The notes beneath the pieces were generated by a model. It was not told where the DNA came from, made no database searches, and was given only the letters and a program-made list of their open reading frames with translations. The translations under genes were made by a program, and so were the position numbers. DNA of 64,000 bases, filler included, from Basidiobolus ranarum (taxonomy: Eukaryota), in the NCBI GenBank assembly GCA_040143965.1. It is 33 parts of 33 records of this genome, joined end to end, with 100 filler letters (N's around TTAATTAATTAA, not from the genome) between each part and the next. Parts side by side here need not be neighbours in the genome. Positions count along the whole stretch, not along the records: positions 1 to 1,855 come from JASJQH010011088.1; positions 1,956 to 3,809 come from JASJQH010011089.1; positions 3,910 to 5,762 come from JASJQH010011090.1; positions 5,863 to 7,715 come from JASJQH010011091.1; positions 7,816 to 9,667 come from JASJQH010011092.1; positions 9,768 to 11,619 come from JASJQH010011093.1; positions 11,720 to 13,570 come from JASJQH010011094.1; 26 more parts are not named here. One strand, written 5' to 3'. Positions 1 through 12,703 of the stretch are shown in pieces (position 1 is the stretch's first letter; each line of letters begins with the position of its first letter).

Positions 1-1526
1 AGCAATGGCTGATGAGTACCAGGCTTTGATTGATAATCAAACTTGGATTTTAATCAACTTACCTGACGATAGATAATCAATTGGCTGCCATTGGGAGTTT
101 AAAGTTAAATATAACTCTGATTGGAATATAGAAAGGTACAAGGCTAGGCTAGTAGCCCATGGCAATTCCCAAAAACCAAGAATAGATTATACATAAACTT
201 TTGCTCCTGTAGCAAAGTTTAATTCAATTAGATTGATTTTAGCTATTTCAGCTTAATATCAGTATATTATATATCAAGTGGATGTTAAAACTGCTTTTTT
301 GAATGCTGAGCTTGCTGAATGATCTATATGGACCAGCCTGATGGATTTGTGGACCCAGAAAACCCTAAAAAAGCTTGCAGACTCCAGAAAACACCCTATT
401 GCTTAAGACAATCTTCAAGAGCTTGGAATAACAAGATAGATGCTTTTTTGAAAACACTCAAATTCCAAAAGAGTACAACTGACTATAGTGTCTACTTCAG
501 GCCAGATAAGACAAACCCAGCTTTATTAGCCTTATATGAAGATGACCTTATTGTAGCAAACTATGACTTGAAGACTTTGGAGAAAACCAAATCTAGCTTA
601 TCTGCCAAATTCAAAATGATAGATCTTGGTGAACTGATGTACTATCTTGGAATCCAAATTAAGATAGATAGAGCTACCAAAACAATAACTCTAAACCCAT
701 CCATGTATATCCTAGACATTATAAAGAAGTTTAAAATGGAAGAATGCAATTCAGTGCCTACTCCAATGGAGACAAATCTTTACTTGACCAAAAATAGCTC
801 AACTCAGACATTTGTGGATTCAAATGAAAGCTAGAAATTCCCTTATTAATCTATGGTTGGTAGCTTGATGTATATTATGGTTGGAACATTGCCAGATATT
901 GCATATTCTGTGGGAGTTTCATGCCAATATCCTTAAAATCATGGATCTCATCAAATCCTACTGGTTAGGTGGATTTTCAGATACTTGAGAGGTACTGTGG
1001 ATCTGTGCTTAAAATACACATATTCTGGATCAAAATTTGATCTGATGGGATATTCAGATGCAAACTGGGGAAGAGATATTGAAGACAGGAGATCTACAAC
1101 AGGATACTTATTTCTTTGCTGTAATGGAGCTATTTTGTGGAATTAAAAGAAACAACCAACTCTAGCATTTTCAACAACAGAAGCAGAGTATATGGCTGCT
1201 TGTGCAGTAACAAAAGAAGCAACATGGTTAATAAAACTTCTAATAGCTTTAGTTTATTCTCAACATTCACCAACCAAAATATTTCAAGATAATCACAGTT
1301 GTATCAAATTAGCAAAAAATCCCATGTCTCATACTAGGAGCAAGCATATATATATAAAGCATCACTTCATTAGATAGACTATAGAGAATAAGTTTATTAA
1401 CTTAACTAATTGCTCTACCAAAGATATAATTGCTGATATATTAACTAAACCATTAGCTAGACAGAAAGTTGAGAAATCTAGACCTTTATTAGGATTAGTT
1501 GATATGACTATTTAGTTGAGAGAGAG
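1..1526 (+). mobile_element. Ty1/copia family A, degenerate RT-RNase H with polypurine tract
   Basis: Translations IYMDQPDGF, LYEDDL (YVDD), GYSDANWG, EAEYMA, RSKHIYIKHHFIR; several in-frame stops; PPT GAGAGAGAG at 1518-1526. Confidence 0.95.
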
Positions 1527-1855
1527 TGTTGAAATTAGCATTGCCTAAATACCTATATAGTCATATATAGCTTAGCACTTGGTTATCTTTTAATTCACTA
1601 AGATATTATCAATTATTCTCAATTGGAATTTACTTGGAATGTTTTGACCAACTTAGAAGTTCTCAGATATTTAAATTTTTGAAAGAAGCCCCAAACTTTG
1701 CACACATGTTCCTAGAACCTTCCTTAACACATTCTGCACATTAGTTTGTTTACATCATGACAAAACTATAAATGTCAACTTTCTACTCAATAAATCAATA
1801 AGTGAAAATCACCAATTTCTCTAGTTCTCCAAACCACTTCCAACAGGCTCCCAAA
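1527..1855 (+). repeat. Copia-A 3' LTR (LTR1), cut by contig end
   Basis: Starts TGTTGAAATTAGC right after the PPT; same sequence at 21506, 50433, 55110 (+) and 5862-6138, 11720-11949, 29259-29367 (-). Confidence 0.93.
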
Positions 1856-1954
1856 NNNNNNNNNNNNNNNNNNNNNNNNNNNNNNNNNNNNNNNNNNNNT
1901 TAATTAATTAANNNNNNNNNNNNNNNNNNNNNNNNNNNNNNNNNNNNNNNNNNN
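1856..1954. other. Artificial contig spacer (N-run + TTAATTAATTAA + N-run), repeated about every 1.95 kb through the window
   Basis: Same ~100-nt linker each time, with stops in all six frames, between contigs of near-equal length. Confidence 0.99.
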
Positions 1955-2078
1955 NGACACTTTTTCCTTCACCAGTACCAGAATAGTCCTTGGTATTATA
2001 TGCGCGCTCCCATACCGCAGCGTTAGCCATGATTAAAGTAGAAGCAGTGAAGATAATTTTAGCAGAAGTAAATTTCAT
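1955..2078 (-). CDS. Small secreted protein, N-terminal part (not in ORF track)
   Basis: Manual translation MKFTSAKIIFTASTLIMANAAVWERAYNTKDYSGTGEGKKC with signal-peptide-like start; TATAAATAG about 60 nt upstream (2139-2147); runs off contig. Confidence 0.65.
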
Positions 2079-3449
2079 TATTGTATTAGAAAGACAGATA
2101 AATGTTTGTGATATGACTCAACTTAATAGTCAGAATGGCTATTTATACTGTTTGGGTGGAATTCCTACCCAAGTGAGTTTGTTGTTGATCTCGGGAGTTA
2201 ACCAAGGGGTAGGCAGTAATATGTCAGATGAATCAATCTGTGCAACAAATGTACCTTGTTTCCAATGTATGTGATTTGATCGGAGAAAAATTCTTGGTAA
2301 TCTTCTAATACTTTCTATGACATGCATTCCTTAAGTTGATCTCTTGAGTTCTCACTAGTTTGAACTGTTCATACCACATGGTTGAAATTGTAAATAAATT
2401 TGTAAATAAATCGAACTTAAAACTACCTCATGTAAGCATGAAGAAGATAATTTCCACAAATGATGTTGCAGCTACAGCGTTGCGGCAATGAATAGTGAGA
2501 AATGTAGGTAAGTGTATATGTGTCACTCATTGCCTATTGTTTGTTGACATATCTAGACTTGGTTCCAGTCCAGAATATCTGACAGTTTATAGATATTTAT
2601 CAGCCACAGGTATTCTTTAATCAAAATGTTTAGAGATAAACAAAATATTTTTCTATCAATATCTATAACCACAGTCACTCAGAAATCTTGCAAAAACATC
2701 AAGCTTTTAGAATTGTCTCAACTGCTTCAAACTTTTCCTCCAACTTCCTTAGTACTCTTTCAGCACAATCATGCTGATGATTTTCATGATCTCCAACAGA
2801 AGTGGCAATACTTATTCAATTCAATAAACATTAAGTAAAAATCACTTATAACTTTTAGCTATCTTAGACATTTCCAGCATGTACAGAAACACTTGTATTA
2901 CTAGGTGTACCATCCAAGGGCATTTCCTATTTATTCAAAAAATCATATAATACTAAATCAATACAAATAATAAATTAGCAACTAAATAACCTAGCATTAA
3001 TACAAATGATTAATGCAGTAACAAAATATCCAAACTTGTTAAACTATTTCAATAAAAAGGAACTCAACCAGGAATGGCTGCACATAGTACTGCTATTGAA
3101 ATTAGCATTGCTATCAGAATGGGACCAATTTGAGTCAATATAACCAGTGCTTCTGAAGAGATAGTATACACTTTTAAAGATGGAAATCTTTCAAAAAATT
3201 GGATCTAATTCATTCAGATTTGTGTGGATTTATGCAAAATTTATCTTTAGATGGAAAAAGATATTCAATCAGATTATTGATAATTATGCAAGATACACTT
3301 GGGTCTATCACATGTGTAGAAAAGAGGAAGCCCAATATTTTAACATGTATGAATACCATCAAAATACCATCAAGAAGCCACCATGAGACCATCAAAATCC
3401 CTGGCCATATACAAGCCAGCAATATTGTGACAGTTCTTTGATGGTTATG

Positions 3450-3777
3450 TGTTGGAGGATCTTGACATTATGGGGGTAGACTTTGGGTATTAGAAGCAAC
3501 TTATGATAGTGTGTTTTAGTTACTTTAATCTTAAGAGTAAATGGTGACTTATATAGTAGAAAAGTAAATCAATTATTTGAGATATTCAGGAGTTTGTGTA
3601 ATAAGATATAATAGATAAGTGCAGATAGTAAGACATACTTGTTATATAGATATAGAGATATTCCTATTTAGAATATAGGGACTATACATACATTACTCTC
3701 TGTTTCTGATATATGTATCATAACTAAAGTTAACTATGATGTTGAATAAAGATTAATTATCCAACACCTTCCCTTAA
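3450..3777 (-). repeat. LTR3 (3' LTR, ~317 bp) with PPT
   Basis: On the minus strand PPT TTAAGGGAAGG precedes TGTTGGATAATT...CTCCAACA; other copies at 5655, 54042, 27313-27462 (+) and 52561-52741, 58434-58751 (-). Confidence 0.85.
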
Positions 3778-3909
3778 TTCTTATTCAGCACTGTGCTTAT
3801 ATTCACTAANNNNNNNNNNNNNNNNNNNNNNNNNNNNNNNNNNNNNNNNNNNNTTAATTAATTAANNNNNNNNNNNNNNNNNNNNNNNNNNNNNNNNNNN
3901 NNNNNNNNN

Positions 3910-4017
3910 AATCCCTGGCAGAATGCAAGCCAACGATATTGTGACGGTTCTCTGACGGTTTTGCTATTTTGGAGGGTGGATCCGATCCGGATCAAATCGA
4001 TTTTATTTTTGTTAGGG
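3910..4017 (+). mobile_element. CACTA-like element, end A (transposase 3' side)
   Basis: Ends ...ATTTTTGTTAGGG abutting copia RNase H; its reverse complement recurs at 40590, 51812, 55977, 60965, 61599. Confidence 0.8.
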
Positions 4018-4713
4018 ACATGGCAGCATCACATACAACAAAGGAGGCTATGTGGTTAAGAAAAGTGTTCAAAAGACTTGGGTATTTTTCAAAGTTCACC
4101 CATTATAACTTTTAAGGATAAACAAAGTTGTATTTCTTTAGCTAAAAATCCCAAATTTCATGCTAGAAGTAAGCACATTGACATTCAACATCACTTTGTT
4201 AGGGAAGCTGTTGAGAATAAGCATGTCCAACTATAGTACTCTCCAACTGAGGACATGCTTGCTACATCCTTACAAAATCATTACCCAAGCCAAAATTTGA
4301 AGAATTAAGATTTTAGTTAGGATTAAGATATATGAATATTGAGTTGAGTGGGAGTGTGAAAGTTTATTGTCTTTATCACATTTGTTAACTCTATTTTTAT
4401 ACACCTAACTACTTAATATATCACATACAAGTTAGTCAACATTGCTTAGTCAAATATCATTTGATTGAAAATTGGAACATATATTATACATATATGTGAA
4501 TAATGTGAGAATTAGCAATTCCATATTGAAAATTTCAAACTCATCCAAATTGCCCCAAAGATGGCTCATTTTACTCCCACAGATGCTCTTAGCACAACCC
4601 CAGTATTAGTTTTCTGTGTTTTCCACCAAAAAGTATAAATGCTTTATTTCTGGACAACAAATAATTATCTCACAAAGCTATTCACAACTCCACTTTTCTG
4701 AAGTTCCTCCAAA
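4018..4713 (+). mobile_element. Copia family B RNase H end, PPT and 3' LTR2 (from 4355)
   Basis: NPKFHARSKHIDIQHHFVRE; PPT GAGTGGGAG; LTR2 matches 45133-45509 and 58959-59336. Confidence 0.9.
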
Positions 4714-5654
4714 CAACTATAATTTCCAAATAGTTTTTCCACCATTGGCTCAAATCAAGGTGATTTTGGGCAAGATTCAGCACAGTTTCCATAATATTAA
4801 ACCACTCATCATCAGAGCAAGTGCTGGTAGCTTTGACATCTACAGTCTTGTGGTTTGCTGGTTTTCCTATGAGATTTCTAGTTTCATGTGCCAAAGCAAT
4901 TTTGGGTCATTGTGTAGGCTTAATGGTCCAACATATATTCTGCACTGCTAGATTGTCACAATGACTTTCATTTATATGGTGTGACATTGATTGAAATTCT
5001 TTATTAGAATGGATGGAGGGTACAGCATGTTGCTATAGCTCAAGCACATCATTCTGAAGGTCTTGTATCATTGTTAAGTGACTCTCCAACTGTTGACTAG
5101 TTGCTTCCAAATGCTGAATTATTTGTAATATTGTGGCATTATTGCTTGTCATGGCCCATATAGCAACTTAGTAGTTTTTACTTATGATCTAATATAAATC
5201 ATTACGGTGTTCTGCCCGTGATTCCCTTGATGTAATAATTTGGTCCAAATTATCTATGGAACATTGTTCAATAGTGGGCAAAGTAACCAATTTGGAAGTT
5301 GATGGCCTTGATGGAGTTTTGGTTGAACTTTGCTCAACTATTGATTTACTATGTAATTAGGGGATTACAATTTCTTTACTTATACTATCACTAGAAAGGA
5401 ACACATCTGGACAATTGATCAATGCTTCATCATTACTAGCATTAGTTCCCAGCATGTTAATGCCTTCCAATGTTGATAGTGGATTTCTAGACTGCTCATC
5501 AATGAAGTCCTCTGTTCTTGCTGGTTTTTTTTCTTTTGTGCCAGCAGGCTTTTGCTTGTAAGCCATTTTTGATTTTGATTTTGATTTTGATTTTAACGCT
5601 TTTTGAATGTCACTGAATTTCTCTGATTGTAAACTTGGTATAGTGAAATGCTTA
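4714..5654 (-). mobile_element. CACTA-like element accessory gene fragment
   Basis: Homologous to 56650-57760 and 41900-42306 (KQKPAGTKEKKPARTED motif). Confidence 0.7.
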
Positions 5655-5861
5655 TGTTGGATAATTAATCTTTATTCAACATCATAGTTAACTTTAGTTA
5701 TGATACATATATCAGAAACAGAAAGCAACATATCTATAGCCCCTATATTCTAAATAGGAATANNNNNNNNNNNNNNNNNNNNNNNNNNNNNNNNNNNNNN
5801 NNNNNNTTAATTAATTAANNNNNNNNNNNNNNNNNNNNNNNNNNNNNNNNNNNNNNNNNNN

Positions 5862-6138
5862 NATTTATTGAGTTGAAAGTTGACATTTATAGTTTTGTCA
5901 AGATGTAAGCAAGTTAACATGTAGAATATATTAAGAAGGTCCCAGGAACATGTATGCAAAGTTTGGGGCTTCCAGCACAAGTTTGAAAAATCAATTTGTC
6001 TGAGAACTTCTAAGTTGGTAAAAATATTCAAGTAAATTTTGATTGAGAATAATTGATAATATATTAGTGAATTATAAGATAGCTAAGTACTAAGCTATAT
6101 ATGACTATATAGGTGTTTAGGCAAAGTTAATTTCAACA
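5862..6138 (-). repeat. LTR1 (partial)
   Basis: Reverse complement of the 1527 LTR. Confidence 0.9.
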
Positions 6139-6792
6139 GCTGGAAACTGGTACATGATGACCCTCTTATTTGTGAACTAGCTTTACAACTGCATGAAACA
6201 AAACAGCTCAAAATTGTTGCTATAGACTTCCAGCTAGACCTTTGGAAGCAATACCTTGCCTCCAAGACACCTTTTCTGATCCCTATTATTCCAGGTTTTT
6301 GTCCTATTGTCCATTTGGTTTGTACCAAGTATCTTCCTTTCTGCTTGCCACCTTTGCCTCTTAACACTATATTTACATCCCCAGAACTGAATTACGTTGG
6401 TCATCAAGTTAAGTATGGATACCATCTAGTTTTGTCACAATATCTTAGAAGATTGATGCCTTACTTGTCACTTTGTTTAGGTTAGTATATAAGCTAAATA
6501 AAGTCCACACCATCTGGTGCTTTTCATCCCCCTAACTCCAGGCAGGGATCACTTCTAAGCCACATACAAGCCATTCACAGCCAATACAACATCTTACCCC
6601 CAACGTTGAAGCTCTTTTTGACTAACCTATGTTTCAATGAAGGAGTTACTTACTGCTAGAAACAAACTGGCAGTTACTTGGTTAAAAAGTGTTACTATTA
6701 TGCTTTATTTTATGCAGACTCCAGTGGAATTTTGCTTTGGCAGAAGAAAGTTAGGCATCATTGTACATTTGTTAGCTATATAGGTTATTTTG

Positions 6793-7440
6793 CTAACGAG
6801 TTACTGTTTTTACCTCGATTGGTGTCATTTCACCGTTTTCAACATATGAAGGTGGAGTACTAGCATTTCTGTTGGATTGCTTTTTGCGGAAAAACAGAAG
6901 TAAACCAACTGCAATAATTGCCACCCCAACCGCAGAACCTATACCAATTCCAGCAATTTGGCCACCATTCAAGCCACTGGAAGGTAATGATTCCGATACT
7001 ACTGGCCCTGAGGTGTTTCCTTTTCCACTACCTCCAGGTACGGTTTTCCAAAAACATTTCAGGTCAGCGGAATTCAACTCGAGGGCCTGACATTCTTTCT
7101 CATCTCTCAGGCACTTGATTTGCTTTTCGTCACAAGCTGGAAGGTAGCAAAGCCCACTGGAGGATATTTCCCACTCTTCGCACTTATTATCTTGAGCAAA
7201 ATCAATCGTACCAGGGAGTCCTTTAGCGACACCACAAAACATATTGTAAGTCCCTCCAAGGCGAATTACCTCAAGCTTATCATCAGTACATTGGCTCCTG
7301 TCACCAGGGAAACAAAGCTGACGACGAGTATGGCATTTGTGACCTGGTACAGGACAGCCATTGGATTTGGTACAGTCGTATTTGTTCATTAAGCAGAGAG
7401 GAAGATCTGATAAGGGTGATGTACTATGAATCGCTAACAC
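6793..7440 (-). CDS. Cys-rich single-pass membrane protein (cell-surface type); true 5' end uncertain
   Basis: Cys-rich N-region, Ser/Gly linker, TM helix GQIAGIGIGSAVGVAIIAVGLLLFF followed by RKK, PPSY in the tail; possible signal-peptide exon from ATG at 7550. Confidence 0.75.
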   Translation of the reverse strand: MLAIHSTSPLSDLPLCLMNKYDCTKSNGCPVPGHKCHTRRQLCFPGDRSQCTDDKLEVIRLGGTYNMFCGVAKGLPGTIDFAQDNKCEEWEISSSGLCYLPACDEKQIKCLRDEKECQALELNSADLKCFWKTVPGGSGKGNTSGPVVSESLPSSGLNGGQIAGIGIGSAVGVAIIAVGLLLFFRKKQSNRNASTPPSYVENGEMTPIEVKTVTR

Positions 7441-7815
7441 TCAATTTATACTTTCTTGATGAGAGATTTTCGGTAAATGAAGGCATAAATGGAGATAGGA
7501 ACACCAACTAGCATTATAAAGTAAACTTTATTTGAAGTATTTTGTTGCATGTAAAGTTTCATTAATCAGATCATTTCCTTATCTGATCTTTTCTTTGTTA
7601 GCTAAATTTCCGTTTTTACTGCCACTTCTGCTCACTTCAATCCCCAAGAAATCGTATGCATGCAACGCTCAGAGTCTATTGCCCAAATCTGGATACACGC
7701 ATTTCCTATTCAAGGNNNNNNNNNNNNNNNNNNNNNNNNNNNNNNNNNNNNNNNNNNNNTTAATTAATTAANNNNNNNNNNNNNNNNNNNNNNNNNNNNN
7801 NNNNNNNNNNNNNNN

Positions 7816-7987
7816 ATAGCTCATTTTACTCCCACAGATGTTCTGAACACAACCCCAGTGTTAGTTTTCTGTATTTCCACCAAAAAGTATAAATGCTTTA
7901 TTTCTGGACAATAAACAATTATCTCAAAAAGCTATTCACAACTCCACTTTTCTAAAGTTCCTCCAAACAGCCCATATTTTCCCAATA
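7816..7987 (+). repeat. LTR2 3' portion inserted in gypsy pol
   Basis: Ends CCCATATTTTCCCAATA. Confidence 0.88.
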
Positions 7988-9667
7988 AACCATTGTCAAG
8001 CAAGATGGTCATTATTTCTTGTCAGTTTTGATTTTGTGATTACATATTGACCAGGTAGCCAGCAAGGAAAGCCTGATGCCATATCACGTAGAGCAGAATA
8101 TCAGCCTAAAGAGGGGGATGAGGCCTTTGGCCAACAAAATACTTCCTTACTGAAGCCCCACCAACTTCAAATTAGTGCAACTGCTCTTTCTCTTCCTAGT
8201 GCAGGCACACTCCATGAAGACATCTACAAACTCCAATCTGAAGACTCATTGGTGCTATCAATCAAGAAAGCCCAGTAAACACCTAAAGACCTCTCAAGCT
8301 TGAACCTGTACTGCCATTTCTCTATCATCAATGAACTCTTGTTTTATAAGAAGCACCTTTACATTCCAGACCACACTTCTAGACTCAAAATCATGCAGGA
8401 AAGACATGACTCACTACTGGCAGGACACTTTGGTGTTGCCAAATCATATATGTTGGCATCCAGGGATTATTGGTGGCCCAAAATGTTTGCATTTGTCAAG
8501 AATTATGTTTCCACCTATGATACTTGTGCTTCAGTGAAGACTCCAAGACATCAGCCCTATGGCCTCCTGCAGCTGCTTCCAATTCCTGATCAACAGTGGA
8601 AATCCATATCCCTGGATTTCATAACTGATCTACCCATGTCTGCCAAATATGATTCAATTTTAGTAATTGTTCACCATCTAACAAAGATGGCTCACTTTGT
8701 GCCCTGCAACAAGTCAATTGATACAAAACAAACAGCAGAATTGGTAACTCAAAACATCTCCCACCTACATGGACTCCCTGAAACTATCATCTCTGACCAA
8801 GGACCTCAGTTTGCTTCCAAATTCTGGAAAAGCCTCCTCTGTACCTTGGGTATCTCTGCCATTCTCTCCACTGCCTTCCATCCCCAATCTGATGGCCAAA
8901 CAAAAAGAGTCAATCAAGTTTTAGTACAATATTTGCAATGAACTATCAACTTTAATCAACATAATTGGGCACAACTCCTGGCTCTTGCTGAATTTGCTTA
9001 CAACAATTCTTGTCATACCTCAAAAAAACAAACTCCTTTCTTTGCAAATTATGGATTCCATCCTTGTTTCACAATTTACCCTCCATCTAATCTACCTTGC
9101 CCTGCTGTCTCAGACCATGCCACTTTTCTTAAGGACATCAATAAATAGTTAATATCCAAGTTGGAACATGCTCAATCCAAATACAAGAGCTTTGCTGATA
9201 AGAAAAGAAAGCCAAGCCCAGATCTCAAGCCTGGAGATTATGTTTGGCTACTCCAGAAAAATATCAAAACCATGAGATCTTGTGATGAACTTGATCATAA
9301 AAGACTAGGGCCTTTTAAGATTATTAAGCAAATCAATTTGGTAGCCTTCTGATTTGAACTCCCAGCCCATTTCAAAGTCCACAATGTATTCCATGTGTCC
9401 CTCTTAGAGCCACATGTCAGAAACACCTTCCAGGGCTGATCCATTGACCCACCCCCATCAATCCAAGTGGAAGAACACCCTGAATATGAAGTTAGCAAAA
9501 TCCTATATTCCAGAATTTATTGACATAAGTTGCAATATTTAGTGGATTGGAAAGGATACTCAACAAATGATCAATCATCGGAGCCAGCAACATATCTTTC
9601 CAATTCCAAGGAACTTTGCCAGGAGTTTCATGAAGCCTACCCAGACAAACAAGGCCCTATGATGTCT
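7988..9667 (+). mobile_element. Ty3/gypsy chromovirus pol: RNase H end, integrase, chromodomain (degenerate)
   Basis: KPDAISR, HDSLLAGHFG, ISLDFITDLP, ISDQGPQF, HPQSDGQT, GPFKI, VHNVFHVS, QYLVDWKGY. Confidence 0.95.
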
Positions 9668-9989
9668 NNNNNNNNNNNNNNNNNNNNNNNNNNNNNNNNN
9701 NNNNNNNNNNNTTAATTAATTAANNNNNNNNNNNNNNNNNNNNNNNNNNNNNNNNNNNNNNNNNNNNTCCTTGATCAGACTGAGGTCTGATCAATGCCAG
9801 TTATCAATAAAGATTCTTGCCAAAGTATCTTCCTTGTCCAGTCTTGTCTTGTGGTCTACACCCAAGTACTCTCCTGCCCTCTAGCCTCTTGTTGTTGTTT
9901 CCAATCCTTGTTCAGTTCCTTATTTTGACAGTATGTTTTGTTATCACATGAAATGCAGTGTTCTTAGCTAGTCAAGTATAAGTTAAAAT

Positions 9990-10900
9990 ATCTTCAAGTA
10001 CAGTAATAGCAGATCCTTACATATAACCTAAGGCTGTAACTAACTTCCTTAACCACACAGCTGCTTGGGTAGTAGCAGAGGTTTCCATATACTCTGCTTC
10101 TGCAGTGGAAAGTGCTATGATTGGAGGCTTCATAATATTCCAAATAATGGTTCCATTAATGTAGAGAGAAGAGTAGCCAATTGTTGATCTTCTACCATCC
10201 AGGTCCCTTCCCCTGTTTGCATCACACTAGCTTTCAGCATTTTATCCATCAGGAGTCCTAGAATAATATAGAACTTAGTCTGCAGTTCCTGCTATTTTCC
10301 TGAATATATGTTATACTGCTGTTTTATGCTCAGAGCCTGGTTTTTTGAGATATTATCTGGCAGTTCCCTATGCCACAGCAATGCGTAGAAAAGATCCAAC
10401 CAGTGTATACATGAAGCCACCCACCATGGACTGATAAGCCAACTCCTGGTTTTGATTTGGGGCATTTGGGAACAAATTGATGAGATTTTGATTAATTTTT
10501 CAACAGGATCCATTGGTGTTGATACCAACTTGCTATTCTCCATTTTCAAGTGCTTTAGAATGTCTGGGACATATGTAGACTGATTCCGCACCGTATTCTG
10601 ATTGGTTTTATCTTTCTTGATTTGGACTTTGGGGAAATTGTTCAAATCCCATATCAATATTCTGAAATTGGTTTGATAAGCTACTTTTTGTCTAATTAAG
10701 AGCTTTTAGATCATTAGTGGCAATGATGAAGTCATTTACCTAAGGTACCAAGAAAAGGATCCTATTACTGGTGGTTTTGATATTAATGCTGTGATCAACA
10801 GTGCCTTTATTTGAAATCTAGATATTCCAAATAGGTATCTGACTTATGTGCCAAGCTCTGTGTGCTTGCTTGAGTCCATATAGCAATTTACCACATAAAG
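9990..10900 (-). mobile_element. Degenerate copia RT-RNase H
   Basis: LYGLKQA, VSTPMDP, RRSTIGY, ALSTAEAEYM remnants; many stops. Confidence 0.85.
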
Positions 10901-11104
10901 ACCATCTTGTTGAATCATGCCTGGGTACTTGCATTAGTCTTTATAATGATTTTTGCAGTTTACCAACCATATGAGGGTGTTTTGGGTCACCAAAAGCATA
11001 TGCTAGCTCCATATAGATTGCATTTGTATATCACCAAAAAGTATAAATGCTTTATTTCTGGACAATAAATAACTAACATTCTTTCAAACAGCCCATATTT
11101 TCCA

Positions 11105-11600
11105 ATCATGGTGTCACCCTAGATGTGGCCCACTAAACCAAATGCTATTTCCTTCCAGATCTGTTGAAGCCTGGAACTTTACACAGCAAGCTTTGAACTT
11201 GCTGGAATCAAATAGCTTTGGTTGCTTTTAGGCCAGTAAATTCTCACAGTAAATATGTCTAGAATTCTTCTGATATGAACTCTATTGAGAAATACTCCAG
11301 GAAATGGAAGGAAATTAGAGTCTCTGAACATTTTGTCCCAGGCATTTTCAACATCATTCATCACTGAAGCTAGATAATTCTCACTTACTTAAAGCCTGGC
11401 ATGAAAGCTTCTCCTACTTTTGCTACCATCAATAGTGCACTTAAATCTGACTGGACAATAGTTTTTGTAGTAACAAAACAAACTTACTAGCTGCTTTCTG
11501 GTAGGTAGTGGAGTATATGAGCCACAGTATTTCTCAAATATAGCTTCTAGGGTGGTGATAGGAAAGCCAGTTGTTGCTTTTGGATTAATGAGGAATGACC
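11105..11600 (-). mobile_element. PIF/Harbinger-type DDE transposase fragment (pseudogene)
   Basis: Manual translation RILDIFTVRIYWP..QSY / SSKFKACCVKFQASTDLEGNSIWFSGPHLG*HHD resembles the DDE_Tnp_4 pattern (D..RP..Q..YSGK..K.Q..D..G..SGP..G..HD). Confidence 0.65.
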
Positions 11601-11719
11601 ATTTAGAGTAGATGGAGTGNNNNNNNNNNNNNNNNNNNNNNNNNNNNNNNNNNNNNNNNNNNNTTAATTAATTAANNNNNNNNNNNNNNNNNNNNNNNNN
11701 NNNNNNNNNNNNNNNNNNN

Positions 11720-11949
11720 GTTTTGTCAAGATATAAACAAACTAACGTGTAGAATGTGTTAAGGAAGATCCTAGGAACATGTATGCAAAGTTTGGGGCTT
11801 CTAGCACAAGTTATCAAAATCTATATATCTGAGAACTTCTAAGTAAATTCCAATATCGAATAGTGGGTGATAACTTGGTGAAATATGGGATAACTAAATA
11901 CTAAGCTATATATGTCTATATAGGTGTTTAGGCAGTGCTAATTTCAACA
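11720..11949 (-). repeat. LTR1 (partial)
   Basis: Ends ATTTCAACA on +; matches LTR1. Confidence 0.88.
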
Positions 11950-12703
11950 GTATTTGAGATGAATTGGAAGTGTTCTAGGATAATTAGAAGAAATATGTGG
12001 GTTGTTTTATGGAATTGAAAATAAGTATTTACAATATAATATAAAAGAAGAGAAGCAGTAACAGAAATATGTTTCTAGGGTATTCAGAAAGTTGGGGTTA
12101 ATGTTCAGGGAGTTTTGGACGAGTTTGAAATTTCTATCTTTTCTGAACATTTCTGACATTGGTCAGATATATCCAAAATGTATGTGACGATTTCGACTTA
12201 TCAAGTATTAACCAAGCAAATATTCACTATGCTAAACAAGATGTATGAGTAGGTGCTGAATTCTAATATTTCGACATTGCTTGCATGAAGCAATATGTTC
12301 AAAAATCCAAATTTTAAATATTACCTAAGGTTGATCAGAAACCATCCAGAATACACAAAGCTGATAAAGTAACACTGCAGATTTAGAATACTCGACAGAT
12401 AATCCTTGGGGACATTCCGTTTACTCCGCTACATTGGGCCCAGATTTGATCACCACCGACCCGATGGAGTAGGCTTCTTAATTGATCGATGATACTTCAC
12501 TACGTTTCCCACCTTCTCATGTATCACGTGTTCTTTGCACACATACTGTAAACGTGTTGGCTGGCAAGGCATCCAAGCCCAGTTAGACAATGTTGTGTCA
12601 CTCTATATACCGTCAATGCTGGATGGGTGTAACTCATCGTTGGATGTAGGGTTTTATTATGTTCAGCTTTACATTTTTGAATCACTCATTATTAGTGGGA
12701 TGT

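Noticed and set aside
1856-1954. Regularly spaced TTAATTAATTAA palindrome resembling an array or CRISPR-like repeat
   Set aside because: It always sits in the middle of N-runs; it is an artificial six-frame-stop linker. ORF-track proteins ending in X...LIN are artefacts of it.
4010-4017. TTAGGG/CCCTAA hexamers as telomeric seeds
   Set aside because: Always single copies at the fixed ends of one repeat family; they are transposon TIRs
5569-5594. (TTTTGA)n microsatellite
   Set aside because: Short slippage expansion inside a TE copy
12380-12540. CpG-rich patch with GGAATGTCCCC (minus strand) reminiscent of RNase MRP/P conserved regions
   Set aside because: Could not find the partner P4 strand or other conserved regions; no convincing ORF either
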